Shown here: one piece after another, positions 61,508 through 63,346 of the stretch
Layout of the letters: the number at the start of each line of letters is the position of its first letter
Position numbering within the stretch: the stretch's first letter is position 1
Origin: an uncultured Verrucomicrobiae bacterium
GTDB taxonomy: Bacteria; Verrucomicrobiota; Verrucomicrobiia; Limisphaerales; JAFGQR01
DNA length: 63,346 bases
Assembly: GCA_963788655.1 (NCBI GenBank)
Contig: CAWBHS010000012.1
Span: 1-63,346, forward strand
Reading direction: 5' to 3'
The notes under the pieces: generated by a model
Seen by the model: the letters and a program-made list of their open reading frames with translations, nothing else
Databases searched by the model: none
What the model was told of the DNA's origin: nothing
Position numbers and translations under genes: made by a program

Positions 61508-63346
61508 ATGAAAGCCAATCCCCTATTTGCTGTTTTTTCTCGGCTTGCCACCAGTGTGGTCTTGCCTGCCATCGCTTCTGGCTCACACAAAATCTGCAAG
61601 GCACTGAGTGTTTTGCTCCCCATAGTACTAGCCTCCCAATCCATGGCAATCGGCGCCTTTAGCGAGCAGGATTGGGTAAGTATGGGCGTGACACCAACCA
61701 TCAGCGGGGGCAGCGTCAACGCAATGGTGGTTGACGACTCAGGAAAGGTTTACATTGGGGGACGCTTCAACATGGCTGGCGGCGTATTCGTGAGCAACGT
61801 AGCCATGTGGGACGGCAGCGTTTGGCATCCGCTGGGCTCGGGACTAAATGACCAAGTGGATGTGCTCGCCGTCTCCGGGAACACATTGTACAGCTGGGGG
61901 CTCTTTCACCGAGGCTGGCGGGATTCGGGCAAACCATGTGGCCCAGTGGGACGGCAGCGCTTGGGCGCCAATGGGGAGCGGTCTCGAAATCTCTGAGCCG
62001 CGTCTCCCTGTCGATGTCACTGTGTTACGTGTGTGGAACGGCGATCTTTACGTCGGCGGCACATTCGCTTATGCGGGCGGGCAACTCGCCCAACTCTATT
62101 GCGAAGTGGGATGGGACGATGTGGGTTCCTCTTGGTTCAGGGGTGGTGCGCATGTGGGAAAACCTAAGCGGTAAGGTTTTTACCATTCCTGGTACCGTCT
62201 CAGTTCTTACAGGTCTTGGCGACGACCTGTACGTCGGAGGCGTGTTCACCAACGCCGGCGGAATCCAGGCCAATTCCCTCGCCAAATGGGATGGGAGTTC
62301 TTGGTCATCCTTGGGCACGGGCTTTGTAGTCGCGGTTTCGGTTCTGGCAGCGTCGGGCACCGATCTCTATGTCGGGGGAAACTTCAATACGGCCGATGGA
62401 ATAGAGGCCAATGCGGTGGCCAAATGGGATGGGAGCGGTTGGTTGGCATTGGGGAGCCCTTGGACGGCTCTGGTTTCAGTTGCAAACGGAACCCGGGGAA
62501 GAGGAGGCCAGATAAGCGATTTAGTGGTATTAGGCACAGATTGTACCTAGGTTACAGCGACTGGGCGAGTGGCTTTGAGTCCATCGTCAAGTGGGATGGA
62601 AGCGCCTGGTCACCTTTGGGTACCGGGCTGAATAGCAGTGTCTATGATCTCGTGGTGATAGGCGACGACCTAATCGTTGCGGGAGGCTTTAGCGCGACGA
62701 TTGGCATGCCCCCCCCGGATCCTCGCGGAGACCCTATCGGCGTCATTGAGTTGCCAGGTATCGGGAAGTGGAATGGAACGGAATGGTCCCGGATGGGTTC
62801 AAAATTCACGGGCGGGGGAGTTCTGGTGACAGCGGGGACAAACCTCTATGCTCACGGTAGTTTCGAATGGTCTCCGAATGCGGGGTGCGTCGCACAGTGG
62901 GACGGGAACAGATGGTGGCCGCTTGGCATGGGGCTGGACGGTGGCGTGAACGCGCTGGCGGAGTCAGGTACAGACCTTTACGTGGGAGGCAGGTTTCAAG
63001 GGGCGGGTGGAAAGGCCGTTAACGGCATCGCACGTTGGGACGGGGTGCAATGGTCGTCATTACGTGACGGGCTCGCCGATGCTCATCTTCCTCGGTACTT
63101 CAATGCATTGGCAGCGTCAGATGCCATTGTTTACGCCGGGGGCTACTTTTTCGAAAGTCGGTGGGGCGCAGGCCCAAATAACCCAATGGGACGGTACGGC
63201 GTGGTCCGCGTTGGGTGCCGGGGTGAACAATGGGGTGAATGCGCTCGCGTTGTCCGGAACAAATCTCTACGTCGGCGGCCGATTCACGACTGCGGGCGAA
63301 GTTACCTGCAGAGGTGTTGCCCGGTGGGACGGAACAACTTGGCACG
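61508..63346 (+). CDS. secreted beta-propeller-type repeat protein (LYVGG.F..AGG...IAKWDG..W..LG); frameshifted, runs off the window
   Basis: repeated WDG..W..LG.G units spread over several frames. Confidence 0.7.

Overview
GC-rich bacterial DNA, most likely Verrucomicrobiota of the Pedosphaera/Limisphaera type. This is inferred from a VPDSG-CTERM-like protein, a lamin-tail/CotH giant, '...RFYR' C-terminal domains and the REP families. Many single-base frameshifts in otherwise conserved genes look like assembly indels. All family calls come from motif recognition; no database search was run. From left to right the window holds: two attC-like sites and a chimeric gene; a GH106-BNR4 fusion; a ~2,570-aa LTD/CotH protein; a collapsed polA remnant; bactofilin; a 122-bp palindromic tandem repeat; CAZymes, a sulfatase and proteases; a toxin-antitoxin pair with a stop-interrupted toxin; a candidate anti-SD small RNA; and a sphingolipid cluster (spt, CerR-like, IPC-synthase-like). 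The main locus is a ~13-kb Rrf2-headed extracellular electron transfer cluster with about 40 heme-c motifs. It encodes a nonaheme cytochrome, an octaheme MtrA-like protein, an MtrB-like porin, a monoheme cytochrome c, CbcSTU-like, ImcH-like and CbcL-like proteins. Near the right end, an IS110 remnant has a 3' non-coding region that folds like a bridge/seek RNA. Its guide segments match the element's own right junction and a REP-like target.
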